A stretch of 63,745 nt of DNA, filler included, from Octopus bimaculoides (Eukaryota): the NCBI RefSeq assembly GCF_001194135.2. It is 5 parts of 5 records of this genome, joined end to end, with 100 filler letters (N's around TTAATTAATTAA, not from the genome) between each part and the next. Parts side by side here need not be neighbours in the genome. Positions count along the whole stretch, not along the records: positions 30,557 to 44,415 come from NC_068985.1; positions 44,516 to 59,579 come from NC_068981.1; 3 more parts are not named here. One strand, written 5' to 3'. Positions within the stretch are counted from its first letter, which is position 1, and each line of letters starts with the position of its first letter. This document shows positions 37,440 through 51,573 of this stretch, one piece after another. The notes beneath the pieces were generated by a model. It ran no database searches. It had not been told where the DNA came from and worked only from the letters and a program-made list of their open reading frames with translations. The position numbers and the translations under genes were made by a program.

Positions 37440-38500
37440 ATTCTTATTTTCTTTCTATGTTATTTTTATTTCTCTTATCAATCCTGCTACTTTCCAAACG
37501 TTTTCCCATAATTCATTGATTAATTGTGTGCTTTGTAATGTTGTGATGTTTATTGCTCTGGTGGTTAAGCTGGCCAAAAAATCTCTATGCACTTTCTTTA
37601 AACATCTTCTAATGGCTAAAGATTAAAGCCTTTTCTCATACCTTTGTATCCTTTCCTTTGTTTGATATTTTGTTTTAACACTACTGTTCTTTTTGCCATC
37701 TCGTTTGCGTTATGGTATTGCTTGATTTTCTTGGCTTGTTTTCTCTTCTTCTTCTTCTTTGTCTCATATCCTTACTTGTATTCTCTGTTTCAGTTTCTAG
37801 TATGAGTGTAGTAAGATCTTTTCTCAATTTAGTGATTTCCATTATTCTGATTTTGCCTGCTAGGAGTTTATCACTGGTGTTTCTTTTGTTGTCATTTCTA
37901 TGTGTCATTTTTCATTTACCACTTATATATTTGTTGTATACATCAAATGGCTTAGATCCGTGACATTTATTCTATAATCTTTGATTATTGATTCATTGAC
38001 ATTCTGTATGGCCTTTTCAACTCTTTTGTCACAGGTGTCTTTGGTATTGACTTTCTGATGCAAGCATTTTATTGTCTCAGTGTATCCCAACTGCTGATCA
38101 GGTTGTCTTTCATTTGTCAACAAATTGTCTGTTTGATTGTCATTATCTGTGTGCTTTTATTCATTGAAGCCTGGGGAAATTGATAACCTTTACCTACACA
38201 TGCTTGCCAATTTAAATGTAGTTGTATGGGTTTGAATTTCTATGATTATTCATATTATGTCATCTAGTGGTTGTCAATTGTTTGGCCATGTATACTTCGT
38301 CTGGCAACTGCTATTTCATAATTTCTAGTTTCACAGTTCATACATCATATTAATAGCAGTTTGCCATGGTATTTTAAGCACACCTTGAAGTTGTATCTAA
38401 CTACCTCTTTACACTGTTCTTTATATAATCTAAGTTTCTGTGTCTTTGTAAATTCTACTTCAAATGTTATTCTCCTTGAAGTTCGATTTGAGGTATCCAG
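37440..38500 (-). pseudogene. Degenerate N-terminal ORF region of an R4/Dong-like non-LTR retrotransposon
   Basis: Fragments TDLSHLMY, KIRIMEITKLRKDLTTL, LKQ..RIQRYEKR..KMFKK, ELWENVW resemble the pre-RT region of this class. Many stops and frameshifts. Confidence 0.55.
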
Positions 38501-39825
38501 TGGTTCTCTTTAGAATTTATCAGGTCAATAATAGAATAAGATTAATACATACCTGTCATCTCACAACCTGCTAGCAATTACAACTGCTGTCAACATGTAC
38601 TTTCCATACCTTATGTGTGCAAGATTTATCCTAAGTGAAGAAATCTTGCACATGCAAAGTGCAAATTTCAAATGTAATCTAGTTGTCATGTAATTATTCA
38701 TTTGATACTACCTCAGCTTGTTATTGAACATATTTTCCTTGCATTCAAAAGAGATTTTCTCTTGTGGTTTACTCTTTTATCCATGGAACTTAAAGAGTTT
38801 TACTTACATGATGTCAGGTGATAGGAACAGTGGAAATCATTACTCTACTCTGTATAACACTGTCTTTAACTATTAATATTATTAGTACTATCACGCTGAA
38901 TGATCTTTAAAAATTCACTATAAATAACATGCCTAGCAATAAGATCAATTAGTTTTTCTCTCTGTCTTCCTTTGTTTGATTATTTTTCTGACCTTCAGAG
39001 TCACAATTGATAAAGAGACAGACAGACAGACAGAGCCTTTTTACTACAGGAACACAACAAAATCATATTTTTTGGAATTATAATATATAGAAGGATATTA
39101 AATACTTATTAAGCAACACCTGAAAAGGGTCAGCATTAAAAAAATGGTTTTGTACATATTTTCTTTGTTACATGGAAAAGGAAAAAGTCAAGTAATTTAG
39201 CTTTTATATTCAACTAATTAGAAAAAAAGACTAGATACACAGACTCTGAGGGCTAGCTCCCCACTTTGCTGTAATTATTATAAGGTTATAAGTTCCAGCA
39301 ATGAAAGGTGTTCCTGGGATTTACTGATAGAGAAAATGAATGATGAATCCATTTGTAAAATAATCTTTTTTACCACTAGATGGCTGAAATGAATAAAAGC
39401 TGATATAAACTGACATTCTACCCTAAATGGGAAAATATATCTCAACTGTTTAATACTGTACAATCTGTGAAGAATCCCAGCATATAACAACACTTGATAG
39501 GTGAATTTAGAGGAATTGTGTGTAAAGTTGCTGAACTACTTCAAATAGCAGCCAAAACTCACTCAAATTACTTCCTACTATCTTAAAAAATGGACAGCAT
39601 TGAACAATGTTGTCATAAATATGCAGAAATTTGGGATGATCAAGATGAGTGACTTTGATTGTGGATCCCTTCACTAAGGCCTGACCTAGGGCTAGCAAGG
39701 AATGAATGGGAAATATGAGAAATGATGTGTATTTCAGCTATTGATGACATATTTCTTACATCTAAATATGTTTATTTTCCCAACCCAATAATGCCTTGTC
39801 ATCAATAATTCTCTCTCCTTCCTCA

Positions 39826-39861
<36 letters not shown>

Positions 39862-42291
39862 AAGTGCACCCAACATATACATGTATTACACCAAATCAGA
39901 AACTAACACAAAGAATATATTACAAAACACCCACAAATCTAATAACCACAGAATACACTTCAAGCAACCAATGTAATAAATATACAAATTTCATTGTAAA
40001 CATAAAAATTGAAACTGTTTCATTGAACACACAAGTACAAAACTTTCTCATCCGTTGACTATGCATATACATGAAGGAGCCTTTGTAATATATTTTCATA
40101 CAAAATGCAAAGCAAAACTAGATAGAAAAATATCAGCTGATAATACTATCAACTTATAAAGAATTCCACAAAAAACAATAAAAATTATTAGTTGTCGAAG
40201 CTAACAAAATACAGACTAAGATTCAACACACAAATGCAACACATAGAACAAACTAGGTAAATAAAATGGAGTTAGTAGTTAAACAAACTGTTAGTTCAGT
40301 AAAGAACCTTTCTTTCAGTTACATCACTGTCATGATTACTTGATGTCTACTATAAAAATATAGCAACAAAAATTGCCACTATCATCATTTCACTCATAAG
40401 ATTAGACCAAGTATGTCTAGAAATATTAATTAACTTAGGAACATATTCATTCCAAATAAAACATAAAGGACTAGCAAGTTGGTAGGAAAAGTCCTTAATA
40501 AAGACTAAATTGAAATGCTGTCATGTCTGATACAATCTGTTTAAAAGAAAAATTGTTCCCTATATANNNNNNNNNNNNNNNNNNNNNNNNNNNNNNNNNN
40601 NNNNNNNNNNNNNNNNNNNNNNNNNNNNNNNNNNNNNNNNNNNNNNNNNNNNNNNNNNNNNNNNNNNNNNNNNNNNNNNNNNNNNNNNNNNNNNNNNNNN
40701 NNNNNNNNNNNNNNNNNNNNNNNNNNNNNNNNNNNNNNNNNNNNNNNNNNNNNNNNNNNNNNNNNNNNNNNNNNNNNNNNNNNNNNNNNNNNNNNGATCT
40801 TATATATTTTCATATATCATAATAAAATATAAAGATATCTCATAATGTAAGACTGGTAGGCACATATATATGCACACACTTATATATATACATAAGTACA
40901 TATATACATACAAATGTATGTGTGTGTATATATATATTTATACATACATATATCTATAAATATATACATATATATGCATGCATACATTTATAAATATATA
41001 CATATATATATGTGCATACATATATTTACATGGACATATATACACACATACATAATATATTTATACACATATATATAAACATACATGTGTGTGTGTGTGT
41101 GTATGTATTCATTTTGTTGCTGCTCAGAAGTTTCTTGCAGCATAGGATTCTTCAGGTGATGAATTGATGAATGGAAAAACTTGATTGATGAACCAAGAAA
41201 TAACAACAAACACAGCAAATTATTTGAAATATTTTTAAGAAAGAGTACAGCAATGTGAGGTTGGCATGCTGTTGATGGTTGAGGAGAAAAAATTTCTGTA
41301 ATAATAACTACTTCTCACTTATGCAGGGTGTGGAATACATTACTATGAGAAAGTCAGTGGTGGTTAAATATTAATACAACAAAGAAGAACCATTATTGTA
41401 TGGTGTTACATGATGTCTGAGATCAATGATCTGTATGATCAGTCTGCAACAGAAATAAGAGGAATTTATTCATATGCCTGCACAGAGACAAAACTTTTCC
41501 CTGCTTATGTAACATATTCAAGCATTGAATCAACTTCTCTGCCAATCATAAATTACATCTCTTTACTCCATTGGAATATGGCGTTTTTAGTTGTAATGAC
41601 ACTGCAGCTTATATGTTGACAAAATCATTGAAAAGCCAGCATGCTTATAGTTTGGGAAACTTAATCTAGCAGTATTATCTTTTTTTAATATCTGAATTTC
41701 TTGTAAGCATATAATTATGCTGGTTAGGTTCAGAGTATCATTTCAAAGGGATATGTTAAGTATTTTTTTCAAAAACAACTGAAACAAAAAAATATATTAT
41801 GGTTCTTGATTTTCCCAAAGAAAATTATTTATAATTTTCATCCATTACAAAAATGTTGTTAACAAATAAAATATAACTTACAGAAGTGTTGGACAATTTC
41901 CCTTCAAGTTTTTCCAATTTCATTTGTCTTCTCTTCTCTTCTCTCTGGAGGATACATAATAACCAAAACAGAAATATCAATTTACATACACATCTGATCA
42001 TTTCATATGATAAAAAATAGGATTTCAATATATTATTATGGAACGAAATATTTAACAACCTCTGGTTCAAGTTTTTCCAATAAGTCTCTGTTGACAACAA
42101 AGAGCTTCTCTTGTTGAATTCAACACAGATTGTGTGATACATTGAAATAACATGCATACAGGATGCAGAAGATAAAGGATATGTTAGAAACAAACAAGGC
42201 AAACACGCTCCGCAAAATAAATTTGTTACAGTTATATAGAAATACATAATGCAATGGCATATCATAAGCAGATATAAAAAAGAAGTCAATA

Positions 42292-43789
42292 TGTAGGACA
42301 GGAGTGGAATGTAATTCCATTTGCTGCACTAACTGTAAGCTATGGACACATAAGAAATGCAGTGGAATCATTGTAGGTTATCAAATAAGGTTGCTTTTGT
42401 GTGTGGCGGATGCACAGGAGCAATAAGTACTAAGAGCACAAGGGACTTAAACTCTCTCAAATGCCCAGGAGGATCTCTTGAGGTAGTACATAGTTTCTGC
42501 CATTTACGTGACCAAATTAGTAATTATGGTGGATGCTCTGAAAGTATTGTTTCTAGAATAAGAATAGGACAGAGAAAGTTCAGATAACTACTACCATTGT
42601 TGGCAGCGAAAGGATTCTCTCTCAGAGTGAAAGGGAGATTGTAAGATGCTTGTGTGAGAATAGCTATGTTACATAGTAGTGAGACAGGGAGTCTGACTGT
42701 GGAGGACATGTGTAGACTGGAGAGGAATGAAGGCAGTATACTCCATTGGATTTGAAACATCAATGTGCATGACCGACAAAGCACAACTGTGTTGAGAGAA
42801 AAGTTAGGCATAAGAGGGATTAAAAGTGGCGTGCAGGAGAGGAGAATGCATTGGTTTGGACATGATGCATATGAGTGAAGATAATTGTATACAGTAGAGC
42901 CTGTCACTGAAAGTGGATGGTACCTGTGGAAGTGGGAGACCTAAGAAGTCATGGGATTGAAGTGGTGAGGACCGATCTTAGGATGTTGAGGCTTACAGAT
43001 GAAATGACAATGGACCCAGATGTTTGGCAATATGAAGTTCTAGAGAAGACCCATCCACAAAACTAAGTGCTAGAAGAGTTATGTCCCACCCACATGTAAC
43101 AACACACTTTTCACCCACTTTATCCTAAGAAACTGAACTACAACTCCTCTTCTAAACTTTCTCTTCCTCACATTTCCTCTTCCTCGGATGAAGGAAGTTC
43201 AGATAACCACTATCTCTGTTAGCAGCAAAAGGACTCTCAGAGTGAAAGGATGATTGTATGATGCTTGTGTGAGAATAACTATGTTACATGGTAGTGAGAC
43301 AGGGACTCCGACTGTGGAGGACATGTGTAGACTGAAGAGGAATGAAGGTAGTATGCTCCGTTGAATTTGCAACATCAGTGTGCATGACCAACAAAGCACA
43401 ACTGTGTTGAGAGAAAAGTTAAGCAAGATACCTGCTTCTGTCTCTTTGTCACACTAAACTTTCATCCTCTGACATAAGTTCCTCTCCTCAAATGCCCCTG
43501 CCCCTCTCATAATTCCTTATCTTGCAAGTTACTTGGTTAACCTATGATCGTTTTCCAATCCCCTTTTTTGCCCTCGCTGTCCAACTCACTGTATCGCTGC
43601 TCCCCCAACCACAACACCCACACACTATTTTTCTACCCAGGTTCTATACTCAGATCCTTGTTACTTGTGAGTATATGCTAGAATTACACCATCTCTCTTC
43701 TGCTCTCTCGCTCTCTCTCTCTCTCTTTCACTTTTGCTGTTTCCTACTCTCTCTCCTTCTCTTGTTTTTCCTCTGACTAGGTAACCAAG

Positions 43790-43827
<38 letters not shown>

Positions 43828-44345
43828 GGTAACCATGTACCTCCTCTATAGCAAGACACCTATTTCTGCCTCTAATTCACTGTTACACTCTAACCTTTCA
43901 TCATCTGATACTGGATCACCTCCTCTAATGTCCCCTCTATTATGGCAAGACACCTGCTTCTGTCTCTCTGTCTCTTTGTCACACTAAACTTTCATCAACT
44001 GACACAAGTTCCTCTCCTCAAATTCCCCTGCTGTCTTGCAAGTTACTTGGTTAACCTGCCAGTGCTGGTGCCACGTTAAAAGCATCTAGTCTATACTGTA
44101 ATGTGGTTGGTGTTTGAAAGGACATCCAACTGTAAAAATCATGTCAAAACTAATGTCTGTGCCAGTGCCATGTAAAAAGCACTGCATCCAATCTGCAGAG
44201 TAGTTGGTATTAGAAAGGGCATCCCATCATAAAATCCCTGCCAAAGCAGACACAGTAGCTTAGTGTAGTTTTTCTACCAGGCCAGCTCCTGTCAAATCAT
44301 CCTACCCATGCATGCATGGAAGATGGACGTTAATCAATGATGATG
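42292..44345 (+). mobile_element. RTE/RTE-X-like LINE 3' end: ORF C-terminus, repetitive 3' UTR and (GAT)n tail
   Basis: CRTGVECNSICCTNCKLWTHKKCSG...SLEVVHSFCHL.DQIS..GGCSESIVSRIR...LRVKGRL.DACVR..MLH.SET...LREKLGIRGI...RRMHWFGH...GRPKKSW. 43189-43427 re-copies 42575-42810. Tail AAGGGCATCC..AACCCATGCxxGCATGGAA..(GAT)n ends near 44350. Confidence 0.9.
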
Positions 44346-44415
44346 ATGATAAATATAGGTGTGATAAAACAAACAGGATGAACAGAAGTCAATGAGTATA
44401 TATATATATATATAT

Positions 44416-44515
44416 NNNNNNNNNNNNNNNNNNNNNNNNNNNNNNNNNNNNNNNNNNNNTTAATTAATTAANNNNNNNNNNNNNNNNNNNNNNNNNNNNN
44501 NNNNNNNNNNNNNNN
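44416..44515. other. Artificial scaffold-join spacer N44-TTAATTAATTAA-N44
   Basis: Same 100-bp construct. Confidence 0.95.
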
Positions 44516-44546
<31 letters not shown>

Positions 44547-45123
44547 TTAAATATAGGATAAAATCTTTATAAGAATTTATCAAGTAGTTAGCGTGAAAAA
44601 CCTCATAAGGGAAAAATTTATTAATTATTCCCTATAAATATATTTATTTATATTAAGGGCATTACTATACATAAATGCCTCATGCTAGGAGGGACTCTTA
44701 AAGTCAAAACTACCATAAATTATGGTAATTACTGTTTATATATTTGTATAGTGCACTGTATTGACCATGACATATAACCAGTGTTTAGAACACTTAAACA
44801 GATCCTTATTTGAGGAGCAAATGAGTTATCATTTCATGTGTCTTACTGGAGTTCTCTTCTGTGATAAGAGAAATTCTCAACCCTTATCACTCAATTGTTT
44901 AAGTAAATTCTTTGACTCATTTCAGCATACTTGTTATGTATTTTCATACCATAGTATTGTCCAAGGGTCATTATAACTTAAAGCTGTTTTCATGTTATGC
45001 AATCTCTGATGATTTAATAATGTATTCTATCCATAAAGTATTTCCTTACATAATAGATATTATTGTCAATGAAATATGTGTAAGAATGTACTGAACATAC
45101 ATAAAAATTTATTTTTACACTTG

Positions 45124-45171
<48 letters not shown>

Positions 45172-46189
45172 TTCTCTCTTTCTCTCCAACATACATACAC
45201 ACACAAGTCAATATTCTTAGCTAGACATTCAATCACTAAAAGGTTGATAAGTATGATAGAATTACACTTCCATAGATGATGTCTTACAATCGCTAATTTA
45301 AAAGTTTGTATTAGTTACCAACGAATATTTCTCCCCCTGTTTTCCACATACATTTGATCCACTTTAACTTTTCTTTAATGTTCCAGACATCAAAAATACT
45401 TTCACCCACTCAACTATCAATTAATTAGTTGTTTACTCCCAAGCAAGTTAACTGGGGTTGTACCTTGCTAGAAATTTGCCAGCATAGAAATAAATGTTCT
45501 TACTTCAATCATACTCCGTACAGTTGAATGTCTATAGAAACATAACACCTACACATGACATGAAAATGATCAAAGAATATACATATTGAAATATTGCTGC
45601 AGCAGGAACTCAAAACATAGGTTATAGCCCAATAGGTTTCTGGTCTTCTAATAATAACTTGTCTAAAAAAAGAATTCAGATAATGGATAGGAAATTATTT
45701 TCAACAAATTTATATTATCAAACTATGGAGTAATATCTCAATATATCTATTAGTAAATTTCAGATTTCAGAAGCTAAATAAAATATTTTCTCTGTGCTTA
45801 TCCCAAAGACTATGTTATAAACCTAAACTATTTATCTATGCTATCTTGTTCAGCCATTATGTGCTTCTATACTAGATTATTTGATTACATAATAAGATAA
45901 CATCTTTATATTACACACCTAGATAACAGGTGTATAAATAATGTATATCTGCATTGTATGATAAAGATGTAGTTACTATAATTGTTTCTGAAAGGATTTA
46001 GCAAGAAATGTATTCCATCTAAAAATATTTCTTGTATAAATTCATTCGGTACATGTTTTAACACTTCCCATTTATCATCACTACCACCACCACTTCTTCA
46101 ACAGTTAGTCTTAAATTTAACAGGTTTGCAAAACAGTTAATTTCCACTTTTCTCAACCTTACACCACCACAGTTATAAGGGTGAATACT

Positions 46190-46417
46190 TTAACCCTTTA
46201 GCATTCAGATTATTTATTCAAATGTAGCCCTTATTGATTCACATTGTTTTGAATTAATCATGCATTATCTTATAGCTTCGAGATTTCAATGATGTGATTG
46301 TTTATTTTTAAAATGACATGGTAGGGTAGGTGTGAGAGGCTAGATCTAGCCAGTTTGAACATAAAGAAGATAGAACACATAAACTGGATGTAGCTGGTTT
46401 AAGTATCAAAGGGTCAA
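46190..46417. mobile_element. piggyBac-like MITE
   Basis: TTAA|CCCTTTAGCATT...AAGTATCAAAGGG|TCAA. Second copy in opposite orientation at 52168-52827. Confidence 0.75.
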
Positions 46418-46429
46418 AGATCTAACTTT

Positions 46430-46860
46430 GCTTCTTCTTTTTGTATCTTCCTTGCTCTTTGTCTGACAGAGATATCTTTTAATATCAACTCAAACCTCAT
46501 TTTTATTCAACACTAATCCTTTTGCAGCAATATATTCATCTCTTCTGTAAACATATTCTAACGTCTTTAACATCCAGTTCCTTCCTCGTTTTACATATGC
46601 ATTCCCTTTAATTCAAATTAATATTGCACATCTTTCTGCTCTTAACTCGTCTTTGTAGCCAGTTCTGCAGATTCTTTTCATATTCACCGTCAATATCTCA
46701 TCTATCATCTCATACTACTTGTGCAAGTTTCACACGGTCTTCTTTTGGTACAGAGCAAGAAAATACCCCTTTATAACCAACACAGGTAGCATATCCATGA
46801 ACTTCTTCCAACCCTCCTATTACAAAATATACACCCTGCTTTCACCAAAGCCATCTCCAT
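46430..46860 (-). pseudogene. Very degenerate R4/Dong-like LINE post-RT fragment
   Basis: rc fragments FCNRRVGRS and WMLKTLEYVYRRDEYIAAKGLVL..LILKDISV loosely fit LYxxRxxGGRG and WLxxGxLKxETExxIxAAQ. Confidence 0.35.
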
Positions 46861-47123
46861 TCTAATCTAGTCAATTATGGGCTGATTGTTAATTATCTTT
46901 CTGATTTCAAGGTTGTCCAATGCTGTGCTCTTGGGAAACATCATAACCTTAGCACTGTGGATGATGACACACCGATTCATCATTCTTTGTGTAGTTCAGT
47001 GCTTTTTATACACATCACTTCTACTTTGGGAATCTGTGACTTGACAGATTATTTTTGAAATTATCTAAGTTATATTTTTCATGCATATGTATGTGTGTGC
47101 AAGAGTGTGTGCATGTGTGTGTG

Positions 47124-47305
47124 ATCATCATCATCATACATTTTCCATGTTGGCATAGGTTGGATGGTTTGACCGAAGCTGGTAAAACCAGGGTAGCTGC
47201 ACCAGGCTCCATTGTCTGTTTTGACATGATTTCTATGGCTAGATGCCTTTCCTAATGTCAACCACTTTACAGAGTGTACTGGGTGTTTTTATGTGGCACC
47301 AGTGC
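47124..47305 (-). mobile_element. RTE-LINE-type 3' tail fragment
   Basis: (CAT)n followed by the rc of the tail seen at 52540-52718. Confidence 0.8.
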
Positions 47306-47362
47306 ATTTTACATGTTACCAACACCAACAAAGTCACCAAGTAAATATATATATATATATAT

Positions 47363-47605
47363 TGCTGGATCATTGCCAGTGCTGCCTGACTGGTTCTCAT
47401 GCTGGTGGCACATAAAAAGCACCATTCGAGCATGATCATTGCCAGTGCCGCCTGACTGGCTACCGAGCTAGTGGCATGTAAAAAGCACCATTTGAGTGTG
47501 GTCAATGCTAGTACTATCTCACTGGCCCCCATACCGGTGGCACAACAAAAGCACCTACTACACTCTCAGAGCGGTTAGCATTAGGAAGGGCATCCAGCCG
47601 TAGAA
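47363..47605 (+). mobile_element. RTE-tail element with ~66-bp internal tandem units
   Basis: xGTGGCAxxTAAAAAGCACC at 47404, 47470 and 47536 (period 66), then CTACACTCTCAGAG.GGTT.GCATTAGGAAGGGCATCCAG. Confidence 0.8.
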
Positions 47606-48084
47606 ACATATTAAGCAACACTAATAATAAATCAAAAAACATAAAAAGAAACAAGCTTTTGACGGTTTTATAGATATGTCAAAATTATGATGCTATGATG
47701 CTAGGTGTTCCCATTATTTTGTCCAACCTCTGTATATTATTCTGCATTTGTCTTTTATAAACACAGGCACGATCAAAATGTTTTACATAGTGAAAGAATG
47801 TCATGAAGATCTATAAATCTATGCTTTAAAAGATATATTGATAAATATTTAAATTAAAGTGAAATGAATGTAGTTAACAAAAAGCTGTGGAAGTTACACT
47901 TTTATCTTTTATGTGTTCTAGACCAACACTTAAGGCCATGCTGGGGCAATATGGTTATTCTTTTTTTGTTTTCCAGTTATTAGGTTTAAATGCTTGTCAA
48001 TATTGTGAAAGCAAACAGATACACACATTGGCAAAAGGGAAAGTAGATGTGATAGTTACTTAGACAGACATACAGACAGACAAT

Positions 48085-48325
48085 GTTAGTACCACATAAA
48101 AAACACCCATTTCAGTGCCATGTAAAAAGCAGCCATACCAGTGTCACATTAAAATAACACCCAATATACTTTCTAAAGTGGTTGGCATTAGGAAAGGCAT
48201 CCAGCCATAGAAACCATGCCAAAACAGATAATCAGTCTGGGCAGCTCTCCCGCTTGCCAGCTCTTGTCAAACTGTCCAACCCATGCCAGCATGGAAAACA
48301 GGCATTAAATGATGATGAGATGATG
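48085..48325 (+). mobile_element. RTE-LINE-type 3' tail copy
   Basis: GTGGTTGGCATTAGGAAAGGCATCCAGCCATAGAAAC...TCCAACCCATGCCAGCATGGAAAA..TTAAATGATGATG. Confidence 0.8.
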
Positions 48326-48374
48326 ATATAGGTATATATGAACATGCACACACACATAGAGTAGCTTTATATAC

Positions 48375-48413
<39 letters not shown>

Positions 48414-49257
48414 TGCACACGCACTCAATATAGTAGGTACTATTTGTTGATTTGTCAGCTCAGTGAAAGCTCCATTTTATATATAAATATATATANNNNN
48501 NNNNNNNNNNNNNNNNNNNNNNNNNNNNNNNNNNNNNNNNNNNNNNNNNNNNNNNNNNNNNNNNNNNNNNNNNNNNNNNNNNNNNNNNNNNNNNNNNNNN
48601 NNNNNNNNNNNNNNNNNNNNNNNNNNNNNNNNNNNNNNNNNNNNNNNNNNNNNNNNNNNNNNNNNNNNNNNNNNNNNNNNNNNNNNNNNNNNNNNNNNNN
48701 NNNNNNNNNNNNNNNNNNNNNNNNNNNNNNNNNNNNNNNNNNNNNNNNNNNNNNNNNNNNNNNNNNNNNNNNNNNNNNNNNNNNNNNNNNNNNNNNNNNN
48801 NNNNNNNNNNNNNNNNNNNNNNNNNNNNNNNNNNNNNNNNNNNNNNNNNNNNNNNNNNNNNNNNNNNNNNNNNNNNNNNNNNNNNNNNNNNNNNNNNNNN
48901 NNNNNNNNNNNNNNNNNNNNNNNNNNNNNNNNNNNNNNNNNNNNNNNNNNNNNNNNNNNNNNNNNNNNNNNNNNNNNNNNNNNNNNNNNNNNNNNNNNNN
49001 NNNNNNNNNNNNNNNNNNNNNNNNNNNNNNNNNNNNNNNNNNNNNNNNNNNNNNNNNNNNNNNNNNNNNNNNNNNNNNNNNNNNNNNNNNNNNNNNNNNN
49101 NNNNNNNNNNNNNNNNNNNNNNNNNNNNNNNNNNNNNNNNNNNNNNNNNNNNNNNNNNNNNNNNNNNNNNNNNNNNNNNNNNNNNNNNNNNNNNNNNNNN
49201 NNNNNNNNNNNNNNNNNNNNNNNNNNNNNNNNNNNNNNNNNNNNNNNNNNNNNNNNN

Positions 49258-49321
<64 letters not shown>

Positions 49322-51573
49322 TATGTGTGTGTTTATGTATGTGTGTATATATATATATATATATGTGTGTGTGTATGTGTATGTAATGATATACAGATTT
49401 AGTTCAGACAAGGAGGCTCAAAAATAAAGTCCATCTCTATATTTGAAATGCAATCTCTACAACATTATTACTTGGAGACTGGCTAATATTGTTGTTATCG
49501 TATTTCACGATGTAAGTTCAACTTTATTTTTGAGTGTCTCTTCATTTTAGCTGCTGTGTCTTTTCTCCATCATGGTATAAATATTATTGCTCTCAATTTG
49601 GTATATCTTTTTTCTCTTTTATTGAATTTTCTTACTAAGTTACTTTGCATGAATAAGTATTATTGCTGTAAATGCACAATATTTCTGCCACATGGGTTAC
49701 TCTATCATCATCATTTTTATAATCATAATAACAATAGCAATAATGAGCTTATTTTATGCAGTGCTCTGGTGTGCTAACAATAAAAGTACTTGTGCGTATG
49801 TGTATTGTATTTATACATATGTGTATATGTGCATGTGTATTGTATTTATACATATGTACATATATGTGTGTGTGTGTGTGTGTGTGTGTATTGTTATATT
49901 TTCCCTGATGATTGAGAAATGTCATATAACATTTGTCTGTAAAGAAATGCACTAATTAACCATCAAAGTAATTAAGGACCCTGTATTACGTAGGCTGATG
50001 GCTAAATGCAAAGGCTCTCAAATTAATTTGGTCGTGGAGCCCATTCATCATCATCATGTTCTCGGTTCATATTTCTTCTGGACTCAATAAAATAAAGTAC
50101 TAATCAAGAACTGTGTATTTTTATTTGACCTATACCAACCCTTGTGACTGGTGTCTAATTGTCTAATCTGTAACTTGTGTCTAATTTAAACAACAATAAT
50201 GATGATGATGATAATGATAATAATAACAATAATAATAATAATAATAATCCATTTTCCTAAAATCAGATATTGCGTAGTTAATTTGTATCAGAATAAATGT
50301 AAAATTTTTATTTTAATTGAAAATTAAAATAAAACATTTTTCTTAATTGAATTTTTTTTTTTTTCCACAGAAAAGCTTTTAAAGTTTTGTGTCTTTAATA
50401 ACTAAACAATTATCACATGCAAAAATTATTCCCAAACATAAAAGTTAGATGCATGAACTCAATAAAGATTAAAGAAGATATTTTAATTTAGCAGTAATCT
50501 TTTGAATTACTAAATAAATGTTTTGATAGAGAAGACAAAAGAAAGGAACCATAATTAGTTTTTTTTAAATAAAATAGAAAATCTTTAACAGTAATTTTTG
50601 AGAACAAATGTCACATGAACTATTCTGAACAGAAAAAAAGAACAGCTTGTAATTAATCTGGAAATAATTGCTATTGACCTCTAAATGATTAAAAGTTGTG
50701 TGAATAGCTTCATTTCACTACAGACTATATTATACAATATTAGACATGCTGCTTCTACTTGAAAATGCTAAAAGGCAAAATGAATTAGTTTTGTTAGTTT
50801 TTTTTTTGTCCTTTTTTTCTTGCTTCTAGCCAAAGATCTTATTAAAAACCAATTTTAGTGAATAAATAATATCATAAAGTCTATCATAAACACCCACCTC
50901 TAAATAAACTTTTAAAGGATAAAAAGACAATTTTATGCAAATGGCAACCAACCAGCCAATATGTAAAAGAACTTTTGTGGCAAGTTTATCTCCTGTAACT
51001 GAACCAACAACCCATTACTGTCAGTGATGTTTTTTTTTCTTCTTGTATTCACCTTCTTGGTCCTTGAACAAACAAATACATCATAGAGTAATAGAGACCT
51101 CTTTAATTGAATGGGATATAAGACAGCCACACAATAAAATGCACCCAGTACACTCTGCAAAGTGTTTGATTATAGGAAGGATTTCCAGCCATAGAAACCA
51201 AGTTGAAAATGAGATAAAATTAATATATGGCTTTGAAACTGCCTTAAATTAAAATACAGCTAGCACTGTTCTATGTTTGCATGCATAATATAAATATGTA
51301 TACACATTGGTATATGAAAATATGATGTATGTGCAAGCCATGTTCCTCTAACCCATCTAAGAGGGTAGTTTCACAAGGTATAGTTCAGAATTCGGATATG
51401 GGCAGTAATTTTTAACCAATGAGAAATCAATAATTTCTCGTGTTCAGGCAAACCAACCTACGTTCTCTCTCCGCCTCTTATGAGTTTGCTACAGTCCAAC
51501 TCATGCCAGCATTGATAGCAGACATCAACTGATGATAGTGAAAACAAATGAGAACCAGTGAGATATCCTAAGT

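Noticed and set aside
39860-40300. A/C-skewed stretch that might be a LINE endonuclease remnant
   Set aside because: No diagnostic motif recovered by eye.
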